Part shown: piece by piece, positions 17,631-26,843 of the stretch
How the letters are laid out: every line of letters starts with the position of its first letter
Numbering within the stretch: the first letter of the stretch is position 1
Assembly (NCBI GenBank): GCA_965234725.1
Contig: CBDDUX010000078.1
Span: 1-30,476, forward strand
Length of the DNA: 30,476 nucleotides
Source: Thermoplasmatota archaeon
GTDB lineage: Archaea; Thermoplasmatota; Penumbrarchaeia; Penumbrarchaeales; Penumbrarchaeaceae
Reading direction: 5' to 3'
Made by a program: the position numbers and the translations under genes
The notes under the pieces: generated by a model
What the model was told of the DNA's origin: nothing
Seen by the model: only the letters and a program-made list of their open reading frames with translations
The model's database searches: none

Positions 17631-18101
17631 TCATTTCACCTCCTTTACCGGGATCTTTATGAAGGCGTTCTCGTTTTGCATATGTGACCTCAAATGACCA
17701 ATCGATCTGAAGGTTCCTCCCGAGGCATGTCTGTAGTAATGTCTGTATGTTTCAGATGATATATTCCCCTCGGTCCTGAATTCCTTCAGGGTCCTTCTGA
17801 TAGGTCTGATGGTGTTTATCCATCTCCTTTTCTTGGGGAATCTGGCATATTTCGATCCTTTCCTCGAACCATGACCCTTCCTCTTTCCTGCTTCTTTTTG
17901 GATCATGCGTGCCTTCTTTCTTCCAGAGGATATGCCCTTCTCAGGTCTGGCCTTTATTACACCTTCATTGATCAGCTTTCTGACATCTCCTCTTGTAACC
18001 GCTTCAGAGATGTCTTCTATGTTGTTAGGGTTCATGTATACCCTATTTGCACCGCATTTCAGGATCACCGCAGCCATCCTTCTTTGATTTGAAAGATTCA
18101 T
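17631..18101 (-). CDS. rpl19e: 50S ribosomal protein L19e
   Basis: LSNQRRMAA.ILKCG, EAVTR.DVR, GHGSRKG..YAR..KK.RW. TGATG overlap with rpl32e. Confidence 0.96.
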   Translation of the reverse strand: MNLSNQRRMAAVILKCGANRVYMNPNNIEDISEAVTRGDVRKLINEGVIKARPEKGISSGRKKARMIQKEAGKRKGHGSRKGSKYARFPKKRRWINTIRPIRRTLKEFRTEGNISSETYRHYYRHASGGTFRSIGHLRSHMQNENAFIKIPVKEVK

Positions 18102-18610
18102 CACAGAACCCCCCTGTTAAGGATGCGGATGCCTTTCTGATCCGCTGATTGAACAATGATCTTCCTCTTTCTTGTCCCAACAGTAGCTCCGATCCTCACT
18201 GCCTGGACCTTTGGATCCACGCTCTCAAGGTCTGCTAAGTTGAAGACCATTACCTCCCTGAAACCAGATGGATGATAATGCCTGACAGATGCAGGTTTAC
18301 CAAATCCGATCCTGACCTTTGGAGGTCTGTACTTTCTGTTCAATCTCATCTTGTTAGTAACAGCCCTGGGCCTCCTCCAATTGGTTCCTAGCTTTTTGTA
18401 CCTGAACCATTCTCCCCTCCTGAATCTGGGTTGTACATCGTAACGTTCCTTCCTGACCTCGAGTAGCTTTTCGATCTTGCTGTCGATCTCCGGTTTGATC
18501 TTACCCTGGGATCTCTTAACAACAGCCTTCTTTACAGGAACGGTCTTTTCTTCCTTGACCACAGATTTGGTGGGAACTTTGGTGGCCTTATCAGTTTTCT
18601 TCTCTGCCAT
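18101..18610 (-). CDS. rpl32e: 50S ribosomal protein L32e with Lys-rich N-terminal extension
   Basis: PRFRR.EW, WRRPR, HPSGFREV.V.N..DL, IRILN. Start is 18610 or 18613. Confidence 0.95.
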   Translation of the reverse strand: MAEKKTDKATKVPTKSVVKEEKTVPVKKAVVKRSQGKIKPEIDSKIEKLLEVRKERYDVQPRFRRGEWFRYKKLGTNWRRPRAVTNKMRLNRKYRPPKVRIGFGKPASVRHYHPSGFREVMVFNLADLESVDPKVQAVRIGATVGTRKRKIIVQSADQKGIRILNRGVL

Positions 18611-19152
18611 CATTCATCCCCCCTGCTGGTGAGATATATTCCATCCTGGAATACCCTGGTATCATAATTCTTCACTATGGTTGCCTTCTCAATGTTCGCA
18701 GCTGTCTGGCCAACCATTTCCTTGTTGATACCCTCAAGGTTAATGATGTCTCCTGATATCTTCGCGGTGACGCCTTCCAATATCTTTGCCCTCCTTGGAT
18801 ATCTCTCTCCAAGGAAGTTCTCTATCACCAGTTCATTTCCCTTCACAGATGTCTTTATTGGAAAATGCGAGAAGATTATCCTCATAGAATAGTGGAACCC
18901 GTTCTGAACACCATTTACCATGTTCTGAACATGTGCAGCCCAGGTTCCTACAAGACCCATCTCCTTCCTTTTAGGATTTGGACAGTGGACAGAAACATTT
19001 CCATCCTTGATCATCATTTTTACTCTAGGATGAGTGAATTCCCTTGTGAGCTTCCCTTTCTTTCCCGATACCGAGATCAGGTTCTCCTTCATGTCAACGG
19101 AGACTCCCTGGGGAATGTCCACAACCCTTTCCATCATATCTATTCTTACCAT
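18610..19152 (-). CDS. rpl6: 50S ribosomal protein L6 (uL6)
   Basis: IPQGV, SHFPI, IENFLGE, VGQTAANIE, DTRVFQDGIY. Confidence 0.97.
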   Translation of the reverse strand: MVRIDMMERVVDIPQGVSVDMKENLISVSGKKGKLTREFTHPRVKMMIKDGNVSVHCPNPKRKEMGLVGTWAAHVQNMVNGVQNGFHYSMRIIFSHFPIKTSVKGNELVIENFLGERYPRRAKILEGVTAKISGDIINLEGINKEMVGQTAANIEKATIVKNYDTRVFQDGIYLTSRGDE

Positions 19153-19161
19153 GGGATCACC

Positions 19162-19551
19162 TCAATAAACAAAGGCCAGAAGCCTTCCTCCGGTATGCAT
19201 CTCCTTTGCCTTATCGTGGGAGATTACACCCTTGGTAGTGGACAGAATGATCACTCCAAAATTCTGGGCTGGAAGATACCTTGCCTCATATCCCTCCATT
19301 TCAGCTCTTTTAATGGCAAAACGTGGCTTGATAACTCCGCAGTCGTTGATATTCCCGTTAAGGTGAACATTGAACCATCCAGCCCTTCCATCCTCGTTGT
19401 ATTCGAACTCCTTAATGTATCCATTCTCCTGGATGACCTTGAGGACGCGTCCGATCAACTTTGAGGCAGGTCTAACTACACAGTCCTTCTTTCCGGCCCT
19501 TTCCGCATTCTTCATTACAGATAGGGCATCTGATAGTGGATCGTTTCTCAA
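19162..19551 (-). CDS. rps8: 30S ribosomal protein S8 (uS8)
   Basis: [45 protein letters not shown] start after GGAGGTG. Confidence 0.97.
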   Translation of the reverse strand: MRNDPLSDALSVMKNAERAGKKDCVVRPASKLIGRVLKVIQENGYIKEFEYNEDGRAGWFNVHLNGNINDCGVIKPRFAIKRAEMEGYEARYLPAQNFGVIILSTTKGVISHDKAKEMHTGGRLLAFVY

Positions 19552-19563
19552 TCTAACACCTCC

Positions 19564-19722
19564 TCATGAATATTTCTTGAACCCTATCTCCGGAGCTATC
19601 TCTCGGAAACACTGTCTGCACAGGTGCATACCGTTCCTTCTGATCAAACCCCTTTTGCGTCCGCATCTCTGGCACCCTACCTTCCTTCCGAAGGTCTTCC
19701 GTTTTACTTCGGTCTCCGACAT
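19564..19722 (-). CDS. rps14: 30S ribosomal protein S14 (uS14, zinc-binding type)
   Basis: CQRCG...[20 protein letters not shown]. Start reassigned to ATG 19722 (TAATG overlap with rpl5, GGAGGTG upstream). Confidence 0.96.
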   Translation of the reverse strand: MSETEVKRKTFGRKVGCQRCGRKRGLIRRNGMHLCRQCFREIAPEIGFKKYS

Positions 19723-20270
19723 TATTCCAACACCTCCACGTCGAAGGTCTTGGAGACCCACTCCTTGGCCTCGATTTTTGTGATCCTTTGCTCGGTAGGT
19801 ATATGGCCAGGAGCTCTTTTTCTCCTGCTCACCCTACTACCGGCGCGAGATAGAACCACGTTGATATCAAGTCCGAATATACCTATGTCCGGATCATACC
19901 TCATTCCCTGGAAGTCCGTATAATCGGAGATCCCGAATGAAAAGTTTCCCTGCGGATCGAAGGAGTATCCCATTATCTTGTTCTCCCTGACCCAAAGGGC
20001 CTTCTTCAGGAATTCTGGAGCATTTTCCTTCCTGAGCGTTACCTTACAGCCAATTGGCATCCCGACCCGGATGCCAAGGTCTCTATTGGTCGTCTTTGAA
20101 ATGGTTTGTGTCGGTTTCTTCTGAGTGAGCAGCTCTATGACCTTGATGGCCTTGTTGAGCTTATCACCAGCTTCTCCAACACCGATATTGATGACAATTT
20201 TATCGATCCTGATCTCCCTGTTGGGATTTTCCTTCTTATCTTCATTATTAATTGATATCTCATCGGTCAT
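19722..20270 (-). CDS. rpl5: 50S ribosomal protein L5 (uL5)
   Basis: [36 protein letters not shown]. Confidence 0.97.
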   Translation of the reverse strand: MTDEISINNEDKKENPNREIRIDKIVINIGVGEAGDKLNKAIKVIELLTQKKPTQTISKTTNRDLGIRVGMPIGCKVTLRKENAPEFLKKALWVRENKIMGYSFDPQGNFSFGISDYTDFQGMRYDPDIGIFGLDINVVLSRAGSRVSRRKRAPGHIPTEQRITKIEAKEWVSKTFDVEVLE

Positions 20271-20983
20271 AAAGTGCTCACCTCCGCAGATTCAATCTCG
20301 GAGGTCTTGGTCCCGATAATGAAGACATGATCGATAATAGTGTTGAATCCCTCATGGAACTCTACGATATTCGGATCAGGATTCCTTGTTACCTCTATCC
20401 TCTTTATTCTGCAGATGGTTCCAATGTGAGCTCCACCGGTCAAAAAGGCCAATGACTCCTCTTTCATGGGGAATTTCTCTATAATCTTCTGATCCGGAAG
20501 TGAGATCTTTATCGCGTCTCCGGTCTTGAACTCGTCCTTCTTGACAAGAATGTTCCTTCCATCATGAAGGTTAAGCTGGAGTTTCCCTCCCTTCACGATC
20601 GTCTTGTTCATTATCCTTGCTAACTTCCAAGTGGATTCGCTCTGCTCTATCTTCTTCAGTGTGATCTGTCCTCTGGGATTCAGCATCACCCTGTAGAATG
20701 ATTTGATCTTTGGAATTGTGATGACATCCATTACTCCCACAGGAAGTTTAGGACTTGTCCTGACCTTTCCATCCACAAGGATATCCCTCCTTGCCAGAAT
20801 CTTCCTGATCTCCGAAGCTGTGTCACCTAGCTTGAGTATATCTCTCAAAGCGACGAGAAGTGGAATGGATTTCTCCATTGAATGGGCCCCGGGCTTAGCC
20901 CTAACGGTCCATACCTTGGGCTTCCTTTGAATGGCCCATGATCTCGGTGCCGCATATCTCTTAAGATGCTTAGAATCAACCAT
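20267..20983 (-). CDS. rps4e: 30S ribosomal protein S4e
   Basis: HLKR.AAPRSW, PG.H, VDGKVR, PVGVMDVI, QLNLHDGRN, TGGAHIG. Confidence 0.97.
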   Translation of the reverse strand: MVDSKHLKRYAAPRSWAIQRKPKVWTVRAKPGAHSMEKSIPLLVALRDILKLGDTASEIRKILARRDILVDGKVRTSPKLPVGVMDVITIPKIKSFYRVMLNPRGQITLKKIEQSESTWKLARIMNKTIVKGGKLQLNLHDGRNILVKKDEFKTGDAIKISLPDQKIIEKFPMKEESLAFLTGGAHIGTICRIKRIEVTRNPDPNIVEFHEGFNTIIDHVFIIGTKTSEIESAEVSTL

Positions 20984-20995
20984 AACATTCCTCCT

Positions 20996-21367
20996 TTACT
21001 CATCCCCAACCCCTTTGAACCTCTCCTTCCTAACCGGATCTGAGAGGTCTAGCTTGGTCACTACAAGGTTCGAAGCATCGAACCAGATCGTGACCTCCTT
21101 GTTATCTGCCTTGTGTATAAGGGCCTTCTCGATCGAAACCTTCCTCTTTTTAAGGTCGATCTTTGCAACCTTACCTTCGTGTCCGGTTCTTGATCCACGT
21201 AATACTTTAACGGTATCTCCGGTTCTTAGAGTGACCCTCCTTATGGAGGATCTTCCGTATTTTACCGGGTCCAGGGGTGATCTGATGATCTTGCTTCCCC
21301 TGTGAAGAGGTAGATTCTTCTGGTTCTTGCGTTGTTTTCTGGGTTTAGAAGATCTGGCGTCCATCAT
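20996..21367 (-). CDS. rpl24: 50S ribosomal protein L24 (uL24)
   Basis: SSKPRKQRK..PLH, KOW motif GDTVKVLRG, SNLVVTKLDLSD. Confidence 0.96.
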   Translation of the reverse strand: MMDARSSKPRKQRKNQKNLPLHRGSKIIRSPLDPVKYGRSSIRRVTLRTGDTVKVLRGSRTGHEGKVAKIDLKKRKVSIEKALIHKADNKEVTIWFDASNLVVTKLDLSDPVRKERFKGVGDE

Positions 21368-21375
21368 TATACCTC

Positions 21376-21774
21376 CTACACGATCGTGGATGCCGTGGCA
21401 GCGATCCTTGAGAACCGCTCCGCGGCCTCTTTCGCTACTGGACCCTTGATATCAGAACCCTTTGTCTCTCCGGTCTTTGTAGTAAGGACAAGTGCATTGT
21501 CCTCAAAGGAGATCATGGTTCCATCCGGCCTTCTGAAAAGCCTTCTCTGTCTGACAATGACAGCTGGGAAAAGCTGTTTTCTGAGCTCCGGTGTACCCTT
21601 CTTCACGCTGACGATCACCATATCACCAATACCTGCAGATGGCACCCTTCTCTTGGTACCTTTGTATTTCAAGACCTGAACTATCTGAACGATCTTTGCT
21701 CCTGTATTATCCACACAACTGACCTTTGATCCAACCTGAAGGCCCCTGGTTTGAACCCCTGCTAAACCCTTCAT
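21376..21774 (-). CDS. rpl14: 50S ribosomal protein L14 (uL14)
   Basis: [25 protein letters not shown]...[17 protein letters not shown]. Confidence 0.97.
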   Translation of the reverse strand: MKGLAGVQTRGLQVGSKVSCVDNTGAKIVQIVQVLKYKGTKRRVPSAGIGDMVIVSVKKGTPELRKQLFPAVIVRQRRLFRRPDGTMISFEDNALVLTTKTGETKGSDIKGPVAKEAAERFSRIAATASTIV

Positions 21775-21775
21775 T

Positions 21776-22288
21776 TCAGATCCTCCCGATAACTACCATA
21801 TTGGTGCTTTTTGAAAGAGGGCGGCATTCCATGATCTTTACCATATCACCAACTTGGACATTGATGCATGGTGGAAGGTGGGCAAGGTACCGAGCTGTTC
21901 TTTTTTCGTACCTCTGATATTTTTCTATCCGGTGTCTCCTTTCCCTCATAACCACCACGGTATCGTCCATCTTCATATTGACTACCTGAACATCCAGGAT
22001 GATACCCCTGACGGATAATTTCCCGTGAAATGGACAATTCTCATCTTCACATCCCTTGGTCGGAGCTTCGATGTCAATACCAATATCCCTGTGAGAGGTC
22101 TTCTTGACCTTCTTTGACCTGACCACAGGTTTACTCATAGCTAGGGTCTTCCTCTTTACTGGAAGTATCTTCTTACCTTGTACCGTATCGATGTCCGCGG
22201 CTGCTTCGGTCTTCTTCGTGATCTTTTTTGCTTCCGATGCCTTCGGTTGTTTCTTGGGCTCCGGAGCCTCATCACCCTTTTCTGCCAT
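21776..22288 (-). CDS. rps17: 30S ribosomal protein S17 (uS17) with Lys-rich N-terminal extension
   Basis: DIG...P...[32 protein letters not shown]. Start uncertain: ATG 22288 after AAGGTGG, or GTG 22354 in a TAGTG overlap. Confidence 0.94.
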   Translation of the reverse strand: MAEKGDEAPEPKKQPKASEAKKITKKTEAAADIDTVQGKKILPVKRKTLAMSKPVVRSKKVKKTSHRDIGIDIEAPTKGCEDENCPFHGKLSVRGIILDVQVVNMKMDDTVVVMRERRHRIEKYQRYEKRTARYLAHLPPCINVQVGDMVKIMECRPLSKSTNMVVIGRI

Positions 22289-22353
22289 CCTTACCACCTT
22301 CTTCGGTTCTTTATTGATCTTGATTGGAGGATCCTTTGGACCTTCATGGTTCA

Positions 22354-22677
22354 CTATTTCTTTCGGTAGTTCTCTTTTTTATCCAGTTTTTTATTCCTGT
22401 CCTCAGGTCGGAAGAGGATATCACATCCATCTATCTCAATGGATCGTGAATCACTTTCCAGGTCTGTCAACCTGAACCTTCCACCATTTTTCGGAACCAC
22501 CGTTCTTTTTCCATCATTTTCAAGCAGGAACGTTCCCTTTGTCTCATCCAACACGATCCCTTCTCGTCCTATCAGTCCGGGATCTGCGTGTTGTAGAACC
22601 CTCAATCGGGTCCCTATGAGCTCCAACAGCAGAATGTTCCTTACCTTGCCTGGTCCTTTCTCGTTCATCCTCCTCAC
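22354..22677 (-). CDS. rnp1: Ribonuclease P protein component 1 (Rpp29/Pop4 family)
   Basis: ELIG....[19 protein letters not shown]...F, IDG..I..RPEDR. Canonical position between sui1 and rps17. Confidence 0.9.
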   Translation of the reverse strand: MRRMNEKGPGKVRNILLLELIGTRLRVLQHADPGLIGREGIVLDETKGTFLLENDGKRTVVPKNGGRFRLTDLESDSRSIEIDGCDILFRPEDRNKKLDKKENYRKK

Positions 22678-22973
22678 TCGGAAATGTTCGTATAGCCTTT
22701 CTCCTTGAGCGCCTCTATGGCCTTTTTCTTATGGTCACCTTGAAGTTCAATAATGCCATCTTTAACGGTTCCACCGGCTGCGCACTTGTTCTTCAAAAAA
22801 CGGGCGAGATCGTCTAGATCGATATCCGTCGGATCGATCCCTGAAATTATTGTCACGACCTTTCCGTATCTCCTTTTGGTCGTGGCTATCCGAATATCCT
22901 GCTGCTCCCTTGCAATATCCTCACAAGCGCAGAGTTCCTTTGGAAGACCGCAGACGCTACAGATCTCTGCCAT
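22674..22973 (-). CDS. sui1: Translation initiation factor SUI1 homolog (aIF1)
   Basis: [42 protein letters not shown]. Confidence 0.96.
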   Translation of the reverse strand: MAEICSVCGLPKELCACEDIAREQQDIRIATTKRRYGKVVTIISGIDPTDIDLDDLARFLKNKCAAGGTVKDGIIELQGDHKKKAIEALKEKGYTNISE

Positions 22974-23176
22974 TAAAGTTCTCCCTCCTCTCTCATGACC
23001 GTAGCCAATCTGGCTATGTTGATCCTGAGGGATTTGATCCTTCCGGGATTAGGAGGTGCTCCACCCATTGCGGATATCCCCCTCTCCCTCATCAGTTCAT
23101 CGCGAAGTTCCTTCATCTTAGCAGACCTTTCTTCCGAGTTCATATTCCTGATATCCGGGAGTCTGAGTAAAGCCAC
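22973..23176 (-). CDS. rpl29: 50S ribosomal protein L29 (uL29)
   Basis: LLR..DIR.M..EE, GG.P.NPGRI..LR..IAR..T. GTG start after GGAGGTGAG. Confidence 0.95.
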   Translation of the reverse strand: MALLRLPDIRNMNSEERSAKMKELRDELMRERGISAMGGAPPNPGRIKSLRINIARLATVMREEGEL

Positions 23177-23178
23177 TT

Positions 23179-24099
23179 CTACTCACCTCCTTCCGGGTCC
23201 TCATCCTTCACTTCTGTGGAGGGTTTGTCTTTGGATTCCTCAGGAGCATCTTTTGGTTCAGGTGCTGGTACAGGTTCGGGGTCCTCCTCATCCTGTTCCT
23301 TTCTTCTTTCCTCCCTTTTTGCTTTTCTACGGGAGGTAGTTTTGCCCTTCTTTTCATCATCTTTATCCTCGGAATCTGTTTCCAAAACAGTTTCAACCTC
23401 TTCTGAAGGTGTGGAGGTCTCTTCCTCTTCTGTCTCAGGTACTTCTTTTGGATCCTCGGTTGGGGTGGCATCCAACTTGATCTCCGCAACCTCTCTGAGC
23501 TCCGGGAGATCATGTATGGTCACCTCGTCAGGGAGAACAGAATCACTTCTCATTATATCCACTGACACACCGATAAGACCCAACTTCTTCTTGGCAATTG
23601 CATATCCTCTGTCCATGGTTGTGATCGCAGGTTCCCCGCAGAACTTGATGTGGCCCCATTTGAACTTCTCAGTCCTGTGCCTCTGTCCTGTCAATTTACC
23701 GCAGAGTTTGACCTGACAACCCTTAACATCGGTATCCATTATCCTTCTAAGAGTTGAGTGTCCTGCTCTTCTGAAATGCCATCCCCTTTCCAGGGCCAAT
23801 GCAAGCTTCTGAGCCATGATCTGTGGATTCTTGGCACTATTTCGGCATTCCTGAACCTCGATCTGGGGATTGTCAAAACCGTACTTCTCAGAAACCGTTC
23901 TTGTCAATTCCTTGATCTTGGCCCCTTTTCTTCCAATAACCATGCCTGGTCTTTCCACTATTAGGGTGACTCTAGTACCCATAGGGGTCCTCTGGATGTC
24001 AATACCACCGAAACCGGCCATCTCAGTTTCCCCCTTGAAATATTCTTTAAGGAGGACTCTTCTGATATTCTCATTGATGAACTTCCTCTCACTGGCCAT
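23179..24099 (-). CDS. rps3: 30S ribosomal protein S3 (uS3) with acidic C-terminal extension
   Basis: KH motif RPGMVIGRKG..I..L, LERGWHFRRAG, GKLTG.R.R.EKF, G.IGV.V.I. Start reassigned to ATG 24099 (MASERKF). Confidence 0.96.
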   Translation of the reverse strand: MASERKFINENIRRVLLKEYFKGETEMAGFGGIDIQRTPMGTRVTLIVERPGMVIGRKGAKIKELTRTVSEKYGFDNPQIEVQECRNSAKNPQIMAQKLALALERGWHFRRAGHSTLRRIMDTDVKGCQVKLCGKLTGQRHRTEKFKWGHIKFCGEPAITTMDRGYAIAKKKLGLIGVSVDIMRSDSVLPDEVTIHDLPELREVAEIKLDATPTEDPKEVPETEEEETSTPSEEVETVLETDSEDKDDEKKGKTTSRRKAKREERRKEQDEEDPEPVPAPEPKDAPEESKDKPSTEVKDEDPEGGE

Positions 24100-24553
24100 C
24101 TTCTCCCTCCTTTTCTTCAAGAATGACCTCGATGTTCACGGTATAGGTGTCCCAATCAGTTGCCCTACCATGTGCTCTCGGCATCCATCCTCTTGTAACC
24201 CTGCCTCTATTGGCTGCAATATGGGAGATCCTAAGCTGATCCGTATTGAGGCCGCTGTATTCTGCATTGGCCTCACAGTCCTCGAGGAGCTTCAAGATCT
24301 TGGATGCTGCCTTCTGAGGATACCTTCCAGGACCGAAACCAGTACCCTTCCTGTGGGAGACACATTGTTTATATCTTTTGAAGGGAACAGCTCTTTTCAA
24401 GGAGATCACTTCCTCAAGGTAGGTTTTTGCCTTCATTAGCTCCATGCCTCTTATCTCCCTGCATATCTCAACAGAATGCTTGGGAGAGATGTTCACCTCT
24501 ATAGCCTGGGCCCTTGCAGAGGTTTCTGGATCTGAATCTATAGAATATCTCAT
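24089..24553 (-). CDS. rpl22: 50S ribosomal protein L22 (uL22)
   Basis: ISPKHSVEICREIRG, VPFKRY, GRYPQKA, PRAHGRA. ATG 24553 after GAGGG (GTG 24565 is the alternative). Confidence 0.96.
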   Translation of the reverse strand: MRYSIDSDPETSARAQAIEVNISPKHSVEICREIRGMELMKAKTYLEEVISLKRAVPFKRYKQCVSHRKGTGFGPGRYPQKAASKILKLLEDCEANAEYSGLNTDQLRISHIAANRGRVTRGWMPRAHGRATDWDTYTVNIEVILEEKEGEDGQ

Positions 24554-24561
24554 GTAATCCC

Positions 24562-25017
24562 TCACTTAAGTGGCATGTACTTGGACGACCTTGTAGCACC
24601 GACGCCCACACCGGTGTGTTTGGTGGTTTTCCTTGTGGGAGCGAACTCACCTATCTTGTGGCCCACCATCTCTATTGTTACAGGTACTTGCACGAAGGTC
24701 TTCCCATCATGTATCGATAATGTCTTTGAGATCATGGATGGAAGGATGACCATCTCTCTGGTGTGTGTCTTTATCACACCATCCCCCCTGTCAAGATGCC
24801 TGAAGAACCTTGGGTTCTTGTCAACCACTCCCCTTGTGATCGTTCTTCTAGCCCTGGCTGGAAGGAGCTCAATGAACTCATCGAGACTCATCTCCTGGAT
24901 CTCCTCAAGGCTCTTGCCTCTATAGAGGAACTCCTTCTTCTTCTTGGCCGCTATCCTGCCCTTCAGCTTCCTTGATTTCCTTCTTGCCGCCTTTGGGGTT
25001 GTTTTGCCTTTTGCCAT
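24562..25017 (-). CDS. rps19: 30S ribosomal protein S19 (uS19)
   Basis: F.YRG..LEE, L.PARARR...RG, KTH.R.MVILP.M, MVGH.IGEFA.TR, GVGATRSSKYMPLK. Confidence 0.97.
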   Translation of the reverse strand: MAKGKTTPKAARRKSRKLKGRIAAKKKKEFLYRGKSLEEIQEMSLDEFIELLPARARRTITRGVVDKNPRFFRHLDRGDGVIKTHTREMVILPSMISKTLSIHDGKTFVQVPVTIEMVGHKIGEFAPTRKTTKHTGVGVGATRSSKYMPLK

Positions 25018-25021
25018 TTAA

Positions 25022-25741
25022 TCAGGCCCCCTTTTTCTTCTTATCGTTATTCTTTTTCTTGGGGCTCATTCTGCCCACCTTCCGACCTGGAGGAGCGTTC
25101 CTTGATACGGTGCTGGGTACACCAACATGTTGATGGCCTCCACCTCCATGAGGATGGTTAACGGGGCTCATTGCTACACCGGAAACCACCGGATATACCC
25201 TTGCTTTGGCATTGAGTGAGTGAACCTTCTTCCCAGCTTTAGCAAATGGAAGGTCCGGTCTGCCTCCACCTCCGACCATTCCGATTATGGCCCTGCACTC
25301 ACCGGCTAGATTTTTAAAACTGCCCGATGGAAGCTGAACGGTTACAACTTTTCCCCTGGAAACGATTATTGCTGAAGAACCTCCAGCCCTAACGAACTTA
25401 CCCCCATCAAGAGGTCTGGCCTCAATATGGTAGATCGGAGTTCCCTCAGGTATCTCCTTCAGAGGCAGTATGTTCCCTATCCGAATAGGTGCATTGTCAC
25501 CCATCAAGACCTCTTGACCAACTCTCATACCTTCCGGAGCAATCATGAATCGAACCCTTCCATCGTTCCAAAGCATCTTTGCCATGGGCGCGGTATGACC
25601 GGGATCATGAATGAAGTCCACAACCCTACCTCTTCCGGACTTCAATTTTGGAAGAACCGCTGGGGCAAGGTGCTTGTGGCTGGGAGACCGGTAGACGGTT
25701 GTTCCCTTTCCTCTTCTCCTGCTAATAATCCTCTTTCCCAT
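25022..25741 (-). CDS. rpl2: 50S ribosomal protein L2 (uL2)
   Basis: MGKRII..RRG.G, HDPG.TAP, IPEGT, DGGKFVRA.G, GVAM.PV.HPHGGG, APPGRKVG. Confidence 0.97.
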   Translation of the reverse strand: MGKRIISRRRGKGTTVYRSPSHKHLAPAVLPKLKSGRGRVVDFIHDPGHTAPMAKMLWNDGRVRFMIAPEGMRVGQEVLMGDNAPIRIGNILPLKEIPEGTPIYHIEARPLDGGKFVRAGGSSAIIVSRGKVVTVQLPSGSFKNLAGECRAIIGMVGGGGRPDLPFAKAGKKVHSLNAKARVYPVVSGVAMSPVNHPHGGGGHQHVGVPSTVSRNAPPGRKVGRMSPKKKNNDKKKKGA

Positions 25742-25751
25742 GAGCATCCCC

Positions 25752-26018
25752 TCAGAATATTCCTATCCTCATTCCCACATCATCGGCCTTGTATTCCTTG
25801 GAAAGCTTGATTATCGCCTGCTTTCCGAACCTGGTATGTTTAACGTTCACCCTGTCCACCTTGACCTCGAATAGCTCTTCGAAAGCATCCCTGATATCGG
25901 TCTTTGTGGCCCCTTCTTTGACTATGAACATGAGGGAGTTGTGGGCTTCCATCAGGTTCAAGGTCTTTTCTGTAACATATGGGTGGAGAAGTATTGTATG
26001 AGGCATGTTCTCGATCAT
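25752..26018 (-). CDS. rpl23: 50S ribosomal protein L23 (uL23)
   Basis: HPYVTEK, L.FIV...ATK.DI....E.LF.VKV..VN, K.AIIKL, RIGIF. Confidence 0.96.
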   Translation of the reverse strand: MIENMPHTILLHPYVTEKTLNLMEAHNSLMFIVKEGATKTDIRDAFEELFEVKVDRVNVKHTRFGKQAIIKLSKEYKADDVGMRIGIF

Positions 26019-26833
26019 CAGTTCTCACCTCCGAGGCTGCCTATTGCTTTCTTTGTAAAGACAACGAGTCTCCCCGGATCCCCTCCGGGGGCAAGGAGCT
26101 CTGTATTGATCTGAGAAGGTGTAATGGTATTGACACCGGGTAGGTTCCTTGCTCCAACAAGAACTGCAGAATCCTCGCTTGCGACGAAAAGGATGGACCT
26201 GGGTTGTCTGAACCTTCTCCCTCTCATCTTACCCCGACCAGCCCTGATATGCCTGCCGTCATGAGCCCTTTTAATGTCCTCATCGATCCCCAGTGACCTG
26301 AGGACATCCAAAATGTCCCTGGTCCGATCCATGGTCTCGAACTTGTCATCAACTATTATGGGAAGTGTGATGCCTTCCTTGAACTTGTGTCCCCTGGCCC
26401 TAACTTTTCCCTCGTCTGAGGTCGCTGCAAGAGCTGAGGCTTTTGCAAACCTCTTCTCCTTGAGATTTATCTTCTTTTCAAATGAATGTTCTGGTCTGGG
26501 GGGGTGAGCTCTTCGCCCACCGACGTTATTGGGGGATTCTGCACCTTTTCTACCTTGAGAAAATCTCTGGACCCTTGCTACTCCCCTTCCTTTTCCCCAA
26601 GTCGAAGTGGCATGTCTCATCCCAGCTACCTTGGATGGACCATATCTCTGCCTTTTGTTGGCCTGTGCGGAGACAACAGCTCTCCTGATCAGATCCGGCC
26701 TGAATGGTGTTGTGAAGACCTGGGGAAGGTCTATAGTACCCTTTACTTTCCCGTCCAGTCCGTAGATGTTGACCGATCCTGCGGATGGAACCTTCTTAGG
26801 GGCAGATGCCCTTTTTACCTTGCTTTCTACCAT
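26018..26833 (-). CDS. rpl4: 50S ribosomal protein L4 (uL4)
   Basis: LP.VF....RPDLI.RAV, WG.GRG..RV.R, VGGRRAHPP, RAGRGKMRGRR, LAPGGDPGRL. Confidence 0.97.
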   Translation of the reverse strand: MVESKVKRASAPKKVPSAGSVNIYGLDGKVKGTIDLPQVFTTPFRPDLIRRAVVSAQANKRQRYGPSKVAGMRHATSTWGKGRGVARVQRFSQGRKGAESPNNVGGRRAHPPRPEHSFEKKINLKEKRFAKASALAATSDEGKVRARGHKFKEGITLPIIVDDKFETMDRTRDILDVLRSLGIDEDIKRAHDGRHIRAGRGKMRGRRFRQPRSILFVASEDSAVLVGARNLPGVNTITPSQINTELLAPGGDPGRLVVFTKKAIGSLGGEN

Positions 26834-26843
26834 CTGGATCGCC

